Shown here one piece after another: positions 48,597-56,872 of a stretch of 64,000 nt of DNA (positions are counted from its first letter, which is position 1; each line of letters begins with the position of its first letter). The position numbers were made by a program, and so were the translations under genes. The notes beneath the pieces are model-generated. The model ran no database searches, had not been told where the DNA came from, and worked only from the letters and a program-made list of their open reading frames with translations. The stretch lies in NCBI GenBank assembly GCA_029936815.1, contig JAPYRX010000004.1, forward strand, positions 20,423-84,422, written 5' to 3'. This DNA is from Dehalococcoidia bacterium (GTDB lineage Bacteria > Chloroflexota > Dehalococcoidia > Lucifugimonadales > GCA-002694895).

Positions 48597-50894
48597 ATGA
48601 ATGTTAAATTATTAGAATCAATACAAGACAGAGTATTATGGCTTTCCATCCAATTGGTAAACCACGCTAATTCTGTAAGAACAAACAGAAGTGATTTAAA
48701 AGTAGGTGGCCACCAAACTTCTAGCAGTTCTGTAGTAACAATACTTACTTATTTGTATTTTGAATTCTTAGAAAAATATGATTTTGTATCAATAAAGCCA
48801 CATGCATCTCCCGTCTTTCACGCAATTCAATATTTATTAGGTAATTTAGATAAGAAATATCTGACAACATTAAGGCAATTACATGGACTACAGTCCTATC
48901 CAAGTAGAACAAAAGATCCTGACTTAGTAGACTTTTCAGGAGGATCAGTAGGAATTGGATCAATAGCTCCAAATTTCGCTGCTATGGCTCATCAGTATAT
49001 GTCAGATCATTCCATGTTTGATAATAATGAACTAAATAATGCACGATTTATAAGCTTATTAGGCGATGCTGAGCTTGATGAAGGGACAATTTGGGAAGCG
49101 ATTGCTGATCCAACTATGCAAGGTATTAATAATTTAATTTGGATTGTAGATTTAAATAGACAAAGTTTAGATCGAATAATTCCAAACATTAGAGTCAAAA
49201 CTTGGAGACAAATGTTTGAGGCCAATGATTGGAATGTTGTAGATGCTAAATATGGAAAAAAATTAGATAATGTTTTCAATTTACCTAACGGAGAATTGAT
49301 GAAAAATGCCATTGATGATATGCCAAATGAATTGTACCAAAGATTGTTAAGAAAATCTGAAGCTTTAAGAGAATGGTTACCAAAAAGTGTAAAAAACTCA
49401 TCTGATATGGAAAAACTTATATCAGACTTTGATGAAAATGAATTGTATGATATTTTTAGCAACTTAGGTGGCCATGATTTTTATTCTTTAGATAAGGCTT
49501 TTAAAACCGCAATAAATTCGGATAAACCAACAGTTATATTTGCATATACATTAAAAGGATGGAATTTACCGTCAGTTGGAGATCCTCAAAATCATTCGGT
49601 TATACTTTCCGATTCTCAAATTGACGAACTATCCGAGAATTTAAATATTGACAAACATAATATATGGGAAGGTTTCCCCGACGAATCACCTGAAAATGAT
49701 AAATGTAATCAGATACAAATCAAATTAAAAAGAGATGTTTCAAAATTTTTATTAGATGACAATATACCAAATTCATTTGAATATGATTATAAAAACTTAA
49801 TGTCAACTCAACAGATATTTGGATTGATGATGACTGAAAACTCCAGGCTAGATAAGAATTTAAGAGATAGATTTGTTTCAATAAGCCCGGATGTTGCTAG
49901 TTCTACTAATTTAGGTGGATGGATAAATAAAATGAGTATTTGGCAATCTACTCAATCTACAGAATTACCGGAAGAAGACTTGATTCGAGCATTAAATTGG
50001 AAAAATTCAAAAACAGGTCAGCACATAGAGCTCGGTATATCTGAAAATAATCTATTCATGGCTTTGGGACAACTTGGATTAACTGAAGAATTATTTGGAA
50101 AAACTTTAATCCCTATAGGCACATTATATGATCCATTTGTTAGAAGAGGTTTAGACGCTTTGTTTTTCGGAATTTATTCCGGAGCAAAATTTATAATGAT
50201 TGGAACCCCTTCGGGAGTGTCACTGAGTCCTGAGGGAGGATTACACCAAAGTATGATCACTCCGTCAATTGGTATGGAAATGCCTGAATTAGATTATTTC
50301 GAACCTGCTTTTGGTAAAGAATTAGAATGGATATTTCTTAGTGGAATGAAAAATGTTATATCTAGAAAATCTTCTTTGTATTTAAGATTAACAACTTCTA
50401 AACTTGATCAAAATATATTTAATAAATATAATCTTAAAAAAGATTCTTCAAAATTACGAAGCGATGTATTAAAAGGAGCATATTTATTTAATTCAAATAT
50501 ATCTGATAACTCAATCCATAAAATTAATTTGTTCTCTCTTGGTGCTATTTTTAATGAAGTTTTAATTGCTCAAGAAGAATTATTTAAAGAAGGTATTTCA
50601 TCAAATTTGATAAATATAACTGGACCAGGCCCTTTGTATAGAGATTTTCAAATCAATGGCTCTAATAGCCATTTACATTCAATTTTACATGATTATCATG
50701 ACCTACCATCTCTTGGTATAATCGATGGACATCCACACTCAATCAGTTGGCTTGGCTCAGCTTTAGGTAATACATCTAATTCCATTGGTATTTCTGAATT
50801 TGGGCAATCAGGAGACCAAAAAGATTTGTATGAATATTATGGTATTGATAGCAATTCTATTCAAGAACAAGTTTATAAAATATTAAATCTATAA
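48597..50894 (+). CDS. AceE-type (homodimeric) 2-oxoacid dehydrogenase E1 / transketolase-like ThDP enzyme, short form
   Basis: The ThDP motif is GDAELDEGTIWEAI...NNLIWIVDLNRQSLD. GGHQTSSSS and YTLKGW are also present. At 765 aa it is shorter than the roughly 890 aa I recall for canonical AceE. The N-terminus begins near the first conserved helix. Confidence 0.75.
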   Translation: MNVKLLESIQDRVLWLSIQLVNHANSVRTNRSDLKVGGHQTSSSSVVTILTYLYFEFLEKYDFVSIKPHASPVFHAIQYLLGNLDKKYLTTLRQLHGLQSYPSRTKDPDLVDFSGGSVGIGSIAPNFAAMAHQYMSDHSMFDNNELNNARFISLLGDAELDEGTIWEAIADPTMQGINNLIWIVDLNRQSLDRIIPNIRVKTWRQMFEANDWNVVDAKYGKKLDNVFNLPNGELMKNAIDDMPNELYQRLLRKSEALREWLPKSVKNSSDMEKLISDFDENELYDIFSNLGGHDFYSLDKAFKTAINSDKPTVIFAYTLKGWNLPSVGDPQNHSVILSDSQIDELSENLNIDKHNIWEGFPDESPENDKCNQIQIKLKRDVSKFLLDDNIPNSFEYDYKNLMSTQQIFGLMMTENSRLDKNLRDRFVSISPDVASSTNLGGWINKMSIWQSTQSTELPEEDLIRALNWKNSKTGQHIELGISENNLFMALGQLGLTEELFGKTLIPIGTLYDPFVRRGLDALFFGIYSGAKFIMIGTPSGVSLSPEGGLHQSMITPSIGMEMPELDYFEPAFGKELEWIFLSGMKNVISRKSSLYLRLTTSKLDQNIFNKYNLKKDSSKLRSDVLKGAYLFNSNISDNSIHKINLFSLGAIFNEVLIAQEELFKEGISSNLINITGPGPLYRDFQINGSNSHLHSILHDYHDLPSLGIIDGHPHSISWLGSALGNTSNSIGISEFGQSGDQKDLYEYYGIDSNSIQEQVYKILNL

Positions 50895-50902
50895 GAAAAA
50901 AA

Positions 50903-51556
50903 ATGAATAATACAATTAAAGTGATTTTAACTAGTTTTGAACCATTTGGAAAATACAAATATAATCCTACAATTTCAGTAATGAATAACGTTCAATCATT
51001 TTTTGAAAACTCTGCAAATATCCAAATAACAACTAATATATTACAATGTAAATATTCAACTATTAAGAACGAAGTATATGATATATATATGGATAATCCT
51101 GACATTATTATTAGCTTAGGATTACGTGCTAATACTTCTTATTTAAATTTGGAATCCATTGCGCAAAATGAGTATAGCTCGATCACTCCTGACAATGATG
51201 GAATAACATTAAGCGGAAATAAGATAATAAATTCTAGTGAAAATTTAATCAGTACTTTAGATTTGGATAAATTACAAATATTGTCAGATAAATATGTTGA
51301 TTCTATTGTTTCAAAGAATGCAGGTAAATTTATGTGTAATGCAAATTTTTTTTGGAATCAATATAAACTTAACTCGGATAAAATAACTACTAAATATTTA
51401 TTTATTCATATCCCATTCACTGATAAATATATTGATTTAGAGCAAGAAATATCTAATAATAATTTACCTGTATTAAAAGAAGACAATATTGTACAGTCAA
51501 TAATTTCAATTATTAAAAATTTATCCAAAAGTGAGGAGAACAAACTTGAAATTTAA
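50903..51556 (+). CDS. pcp: Pyroglutamyl-peptidase I (C15)
   Basis: The N-terminus is VILTSFEPFG. The catalytic Cys context is AGKFMCN and the His context is LFIHIP. Confidence 0.8.
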   Translation: MNNTIKVILTSFEPFGKYKYNPTISVMNNVQSFFENSANIQITTNILQCKYSTIKNEVYDIYMDNPDIIISLGLRANTSYLNLESIAQNEYSSITPDNDGITLSGNKIINSSENLISTLDLDKLQILSDKYVDSIVSKNAGKFMCNANFFWNQYKLNSDKITTKYLFIHIPFTDKYIDLEQEISNNNLPVLKEDNIVQSIISIIKNLSKSEENKLEI

Positions 51557-53147
51557 TTCTAGAAGATCAAATGTATTATCTACACGTGGAACTGTAGCAA
51601 CTAGCCAACCTTTAGCAGCAGAAGCTGGAGCAAATATATTACGTAAAGGAGGTACAGCGGCCGATGCCGCCGTAGCCGCTGCAGCTGTTTTGAATGTTGT
51701 TGAACCAATGTCAACAGGGATAGGAGGAGATGTATTTGCATTATATTACCAGGCATCGGATAAAAAAATGTATGCTTTAAATTCAAGTGGACGAGCTCCA
51801 CAAAAAGCTGATCCTGAACAATTGATCAACATGGGATATGACAAAATTCCTCCTACATCTCCGTTTTCTGTATCCATACCAGGTGCAGTAATGGGTTGGG
51901 ATGAAATTGTAAACAAGTTTGGAAAATTGGATTTAAAAACAATAATTGAACCTGCATATGATTATGCTTCGAATGGCTTTCCTGTTAGTGAAGTAATTGC
52001 TGATGGGTGGAAATCTTCTACATCGAAAATTAAAGAAGACCCCAACTACCCTGAATTTCTAAATCCTGATGCTCCAAAATTCGGATCAATAAAAAAATTA
52101 CCCAATTTAGCAAATTCTTTGAAATTAATAATGGATAATGGCGTAGATGGTTTTTACAAGAGTGATATTGCAACTAAAATTTCAAGTCATATTCAAAAAC
52201 TCGGCGGTTGGATAGAAAAAAGTGATATCGAGAATCATAAGGCAGATTGGGTAGAACCTATAAATACGAATTATAGGGGACATACTGTGTGGCAATGCCC
52301 GCCAAACACCTGGGGATTAGTGGTACTGATGGCTTTAAATATATATGAAGGATTTTCAAAATCTGAAATTGGTGATCCAACAAAAGAATTACATTTGAAA
52401 ATCGAAACTATAAAAGCAGCATTTTCAGATGGATTATTTAATATTACGGATTTTGATGTTACTAAAAATGTTTTACCAAATTTATTATCCGATGAATATG
52501 CTAAAAATAAACGTGAACAAATCAACCATAATAAAGCTATAAGTTATGAACCAACAATCAGAGTTGATTCTAATAACACTGTATATATAACAACAGCAGA
52601 TAAATACGGAAATGCTTGTTCATTTATAAATAGTTTGTACATGGGATTTGGATCTGGAATTGTGGTTCCAAAAACCGGAATCGCTTTACAAAATAGAGGT
52701 GCCGGTTTTAGTTTAGATAAAAATCATCCGAATTACTTAGCTCCTAACAAACGTCCATTCCATACATTAATTCCTGGAATGGTAACAAAGAATGGTGAAT
52801 TAAAATATTCATATGGAGTTATGGGTGGAATGCAACAAGCGCAGGGACACTTTCAGGTTCTATCTAATCTCATAGATAAAAATCTCACACCACAAGAAGC
52901 TTTAAATGAACCTAGATTTAGTGTTGTACCATGGGATGATGATGAAAAAGATCAAAAAAAAGACTCAGTATTATTAGAAAGTATTTTTGATACTAAAGTT
53001 CTTTCACAAATTAAAAATTATGGACATAACATCATAATAAATGACCCATCACCAATGTTTGGAGGTGGTCAAGTTATTGAAATAAATGGTAAGATGATGA
53101 TAGCTGGATCTGAGCCTAGAAAAGATGGTCAGGCTGTAGGATTATAA
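51546..53147 (+). CDS. ggt: Gamma-glutamyltransferase-family Ntn hydrolase, no signal peptide (paralog 1)
   Basis: TVATSQPLAAEAGANILRKGGTAADAAVAAAAVLNVVEPMSTGIGGD, a Thr-rich autoprocessing region (NNTVYITTAD), and GVMGG are present. I prefer the TTG at 51546, 7 nt after GAGGAG. The track start is the GTG at 51531. Confidence 0.85.
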   Translation: MKFNSRRSNVLSTRGTVATSQPLAAEAGANILRKGGTAADAAVAAAAVLNVVEPMSTGIGGDVFALYYQASDKKMYALNSSGRAPQKADPEQLINMGYDKIPPTSPFSVSIPGAVMGWDEIVNKFGKLDLKTIIEPAYDYASNGFPVSEVIADGWKSSTSKIKEDPNYPEFLNPDAPKFGSIKKLPNLANSLKLIMDNGVDGFYKSDIATKISSHIQKLGGWIEKSDIENHKADWVEPINTNYRGHTVWQCPPNTWGLVVLMALNIYEGFSKSEIGDPTKELHLKIETIKAAFSDGLFNITDFDVTKNVLPNLLSDEYAKNKREQINHNKAISYEPTIRVDSNNTVYITTADKYGNACSFINSLYMGFGSGIVVPKTGIALQNRGAGFSLDKNHPNYLAPNKRPFHTLIPGMVTKNGELKYSYGVMGGMQQAQGHFQVLSNLIDKNLTPQEALNEPRFSVVPWDDDEKDQKKDSVLLESIFDTKVLSQIKNYGHNIIINDPSPMFGGGQVIEINGKMMIAGSEPRKDGQAVGL

Positions 53148-53172
53148 TATTCAAATGCGATAGGAGAAATTT

Positions 53173-56100
53173 ATGCAAAATCAAATAAAAGAACAAATTG
53201 TAAATAATCTTAACTGGAGAAATATTGGCCCTCCAAGAGGTGGTAGAACTGTAGCCGTTGCTGGGCATCCGACAAATATTAATGAATATTATTTTGGAGC
53301 ATGTGCAGGTGGCGTTTGGAAAACTGAGGATACAGGATTGAGTTGGAAAAATGTATCAGATGGATTTTTGAATACATCTTCTATTGGAGCTATAGCAATA
53401 GCTGAATCGGATCCAAATGTTATTTATGTTGGAACAGGAGAAGCATGTATTCGTGGAAACGTATCTCCTGGAGATGGTGTATATAAATCAACTGACGCTG
53501 GTAGAACATGGAGCCATGTTGGATTAACTGAAACTAAACATATATCAAGAGTTAGAATTGATCCTACAGATCACAATATTGTTTATGTTGCAGCACTTGG
53601 ACATGCTTTCGGTCCAAATGAAGAACGTGGAATATATAAATCGATTGATGGTGGCGAAAACTGGGAACATGTTTTATTTGTTAGTAAAGGAGCTGGAGCT
53701 GCTGACTTATCAATGGATACTGGTAATCCAAGAATATTAATTGCAACAATTTGGGAAGCACAAAGAACTTTTTGGAATTTAGAAAGTGGTGGCCCTGATT
53801 CCGGTATTTATATAACATTTGACGGTGGTGAAAACTGGGAAAACATTACCAAAAATCCTGGGTTACCTGATGGATTAAAAGGTAGAATGGGAGTTTCTAT
53901 TTCACCTGCTAAAGAAGGAAGAATGTGGGCTACTTTAGAATCTGAAATAGACACCGGAGTTTATAGAACTGAAGATTACGGTAAAACTTGGAACTTAGTT
54001 TCTGATAACCAAGATTTACAAGGCAGACCTTGGTATTATCAACATATTTTTGCTGATCCCTCAGATGAAAATACTGTATGGATTATGAATTATAGTTGTT
54101 TTAAATCGACTGACGGTGGAAAAACTTTTGAATTAGTAAATACACCACACGGTGATAACCATGATATATGGATAGATCCTAGTGATAGTAATCGTTTAAT
54201 TCAAGGTAATGACGGTGGCGCAAACGTATCATTAAATGGTGGGAATACTTGGTCATCAATATATAATCAAAAAACAGCACAATTTTATCATGTGCATACA
54301 GACAATCAATTCCCATATAGAGTCTATGGTACACAACAAGATAACTCAGCCATAAGCGTCCCATACAGAACTGAAAAAGGAGCAATAACTTGGGCTGATT
54401 GTTATATTACGGGGACATCAGAAAGTGGATATATTGTAACTGATCCTAATGATCCTAATATTGTTTATTCTGGCGCTATCGGAAGTTCTCCAGGTGGTGG
54501 CGGAAATATGTTGAGATATGACCATTCCACGGGGCAAGTTAGGATAGTAACAGTATGGCCTGTTGCTAATACAGGGAAAGGAGCTGATTCAATGAAATAT
54601 AGATTTCAATGGACATATCCCATCCAATTTTCACCTCATGATTCTAAGACTTTGTATGTTGCTGGTAATGTTGTGTTCAAATCAACAAACGAAGGGCAAA
54701 CATGGGAAGAAATTAGCCCAGATTTAACCAGAAATGACAAAACAAAACAAACTGTTTCAGGAGGTAAAATTACCAAAGATACTTCTGCGGCAGAAACTTA
54801 TTGTACTATATATTCATTTTTAGAGTCACCTCACGTAAAGGGATTAATGTGGGCTGGTAGTGATGATGGATTAATTCATATATCTACAGATAATGCAGCA
54901 AATTGGTCAAATGTTACTCCTAAAGATTTTCCTGAATGGGCTAGAGTTCATATGATTGAACTTTCACCGCATGATAAATCAACAGCTTATATTGCTGCGA
55001 CCAAAAATATGTTAGATGATTACAGGCCAATTTTGTATAAAACTACCGATAATGGTAATTCGTGGACAAGAATTGATAAATCATTCCCAACTGATGAAAT
55101 TACAAGGGCAATTAGAGTAGATAAAAACGATCCGAATATCTTGTACGTTGGAACTGAAACAGGTTTGTATGTTTCATTTGATGATGGTTCTAATTGGACT
55201 AAAATCAATTCGAATTTACCAGTAGTACCGATTTACGACATTGATATTAAAGATAGTAATATGATTTTAGCCACGCATGGAAGAGCATTTTGGATTCTAG
55301 ATGATATTTCAGCCATATCACAATTAAACAATGATATACATGATAAAAATTTCATATTAGACCCTGCTCCAACTTTCAGAATTCTACCTCCTTTTGGCTT
55401 TAGATTATTTGGAACTGGTCCAGATAATGGTAAATCTTATATGGCATCATTGGGTTCTCCTGTTTTGATTGAAAAATCAAAAGATCCTTCTGGCGAAATT
55501 AAAACAGAATATTTAGATTCGGGTGAAAATCCTCCTATGGGAGTAACAATAAGTTTCTATCTTGATAATAAACCTGAAAGTGCTGAATTAATTATTAAAG
55601 ATACAGATGGTGAAATAATAAGAACATTTAATACTGAAGAAATTGAAGTTAAAGAAACAAATGTAGTCAAAGCTTCTCTCCCATCAAAATCTACTTCTGT
55701 ATTAAAGGTTAACAAAGGATATAATAAATTCTTGTGGGATATGTATAGTGAATCACCTTATAAGTTAGAAGGTGAGAAACTCACAGCAGGACTATCCGGG
55801 CCAATGGTTGTACCTGGTAATTATAATGTAGAATTACAAATTACTAATAAATCTAAAACTACAACACTTAATACCTCTGTAAAACTTTTGAAAGATCCAA
55901 GAGTTTCAGCTACAGAGAATGATTTTGATGCTCAATATTCATTATTACAAAAAGTTAATGATAAGATTTCAGAATTACATAAGTCTGTAGAAACAATACG
56001 GAAAAACCAAACTGAAATTTCTGACTGGATATCTAGATCTGATAATTCAAGTAATTATGAAGAAATCAATGAAATTGGTACAAATTTAATTACTAAATTA

Positions 56101-56376
56101 AATGAAATTGAGAAACTACTTGTATTCACAGATTATAAAGGCGCAAGAGATAGATTAAATAATCCAGTTGTATTAAATGTCAAACTTGCCAGTCTTATTC
56201 CCGTAATTGACAGCGCAGACTTTAAACCTACAGATCAATCTTATGGTGTATATACTGAAGTTAGCGAAGAAATTGATCAACAACTTGATAAACTAAAATC
56301 TATGCAGGAATCTGACTTAGTAGACTTTCAAGATTTAGTTTCTAAAAATAATATTCCAGGACTAAAAAGCTTGTAA
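53173..56376 (+). CDS. Large BNR/Asp-box repeat protein with sortilin/VPS10-like double propeller (often annotated 'glycosyl hydrolase, BNR repeat')
   Basis: 1067 aa with at least 10 Asp-box motifs (S/T-x-D-x-G-x-T/N-W): STDAGRTW, SIDGGENW, TFDGGENW, TEDYGKTW, STDGGKTF, STNEGQTW, TTDNGNSW, SFDDGSNW and others. No N-terminal signal peptide is seen. Confidence 0.8.
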   Translation: MQNQIKEQIVNNLNWRNIGPPRGGRTVAVAGHPTNINEYYFGACAGGVWKTEDTGLSWKNVSDGFLNTSSIGAIAIAESDPNVIYVGTGEACIRGNVSPGDGVYKSTDAGRTWSHVGLTETKHISRVRIDPTDHNIVYVAALGHAFGPNEERGIYKSIDGGENWEHVLFVSKGAGAADLSMDTGNPRILIATIWEAQRTFWNLESGGPDSGIYITFDGGENWENITKNPGLPDGLKGRMGVSISPAKEGRMWATLESEIDTGVYRTEDYGKTWNLVSDNQDLQGRPWYYQHIFADPSDENTVWIMNYSCFKSTDGGKTFELVNTPHGDNHDIWIDPSDSNRLIQGNDGGANVSLNGGNTWSSIYNQKTAQFYHVHTDNQFPYRVYGTQQDNSAISVPYRTEKGAITWADCYITGTSESGYIVTDPNDPNIVYSGAIGSSPGGGGNMLRYDHSTGQVRIVTVWPVANTGKGADSMKYRFQWTYPIQFSPHDSKTLYVAGNVVFKSTNEGQTWEEISPDLTRNDKTKQTVSGGKITKDTSAAETYCTIYSFLESPHVKGLMWAGSDDGLIHISTDNAANWSNVTPKDFPEWARVHMIELSPHDKSTAYIAATKNMLDDYRPILYKTTDNGNSWTRIDKSFPTDEITRAIRVDKNDPNILYVGTETGLYVSFDDGSNWTKINSNLPVVPIYDIDIKDSNMILATHGRAFWILDDISAISQLNNDIHDKNFILDPAPTFRILPPFGFRLFGTGPDNGKSYMASLGSPVLIEKSKDPSGEIKTEYLDSGENPPMGVTISFYLDNKPESAELIIKDTDGEIIRTFNTEEIEVKETNVVKASLPSKSTSVLKVNKGYNKFLWDMYSESPYKLEGEKLTAGLSGPMVVPGNYNVELQITNKSKTTTLNTSVKLLKDPRVSATENDFDAQYSLLQKVNDKISELHKSVETIRKNQTEISDWISRSDNSSNYEEINEIGTNLITKLNEIEKLLVFTDYKGARDRLNNPVVLNVKLASLIPVIDSADFKPTDQSYGVYTEVSEEIDQQLDKLKSMQESDLVDFQDLVSKNNIPGLKSL

Positions 56377-56404
56377 TTAAAATTAATTATTAATTAATTT
56401 TAAT
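56376..56404. terminator. 14-bp perfect AT-only inverted repeat between convergent genes (possible bidirectional terminator)
   Basis: attaaaattaatta (56376..89), then t, then taattaattttaat (56391..404). It overlaps the stop codons of the BNR gene (56374..76) and the Trx-like gene (56383..85). Confidence 0.3.
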
Positions 56405-56871
56405 AATTCATTAAGTTGTGGAACTCTGTTCCAACGGTTTATGATTGTACCCTTATGATTTAATAAGAACATACTAGGTACAGATTTATAATTAAATTTT
56501 TCTATAAAGTCAGTTCCTTCATTGGTGCTGATTTCATATTGGATGAAGTTAATAGGATAATTATTAACCGCTATACTTAACTGCTTCACGAGCGGTTTAT
56601 ATGCCATGCAAGCCACTCAGTAATTACTATATAGATATACAATTGTATTATCATATTTATTTAATTCAACTGAAATATAATCATATGATGAATCAGTAAC
56701 TTTGTTTAATTTTGTGTATGATACAAAAGCGATATTCACTATTAATAACGATATTGAGATGAATATAAGAAATTTACTTCTATATAGAAATGAAAATAAA
56801 AATAATGAGATTAAAATCAGTAAAACACAAATTATTAAGCTATTGTAATTTATAATCTGAAATAATTTCAT
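56383..56871 (-). CDS. Membrane-anchored thioredoxin-fold protein with in-frame TGA at the first CxxC position (candidate selenoprotein, U-V-A-C); alternatively a nonsense pseudogene
   Basis: Track ORFs 56617..56916 and 56383..56616 are in the same frame and contiguous, separated only by the TGA at 56619..56617. The joined product reads ...DNTIVYLYSNY-[TGA]-VACMAYKPLVKQL...INFIQYEI...KSVPSMFLL..KGTIINRW. This runs beta1, redox motif, alpha1 and the cis-Pro loop of a Trx fold. The likely start is the ATG at 56871..56869, 1 nt after the GGT stop. Two N-terminal TM helices are predicted. Confidence 0.55.
56566..56597 (-). promoter_or_regulatory. SECIS-like hairpin candidate 19 nt downstream of the in-frame UGA
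   Basis: On the mRNA, AACCGCU (56597..91) pairs perfectly with AGCGGUU (56572..66) around an 18-nt loop, CGUGAAGCAGUUAAGUAU. The loop can add G.U, U-A and G.U pairs. The stem is built from G/C-ending codons (CCG, CTC, GCG) that look rare elsewhere in this window. Confidence 0.35.
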
Positions 56872-56872
56872 A

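Noticed and set aside
14483-51548. An apparent excess of non-ATG starts. GTG is used at 14483. TTG is used at 26016, 26921, 27677, 29086, 37695 and 51546.
   Set aside because: This amounts to about 7 of roughly 60 genes, which is within the ordinary bacterial range. Several are forced by the reading frames. It is not evidence of anything unusual.
56617-56619. Genome-wide TGA reassignment (Trp or Gly genetic codes) as the explanation for the in-frame TGA.
   Set aside because: TGA terminates at least three well-supported genes in the window at the expected protein ends (thiE, the 12022..12690 esterase and the 45102..46328 aminotransferase). Only local recoding (Sec) or a nonsense mutation remain as explanations.
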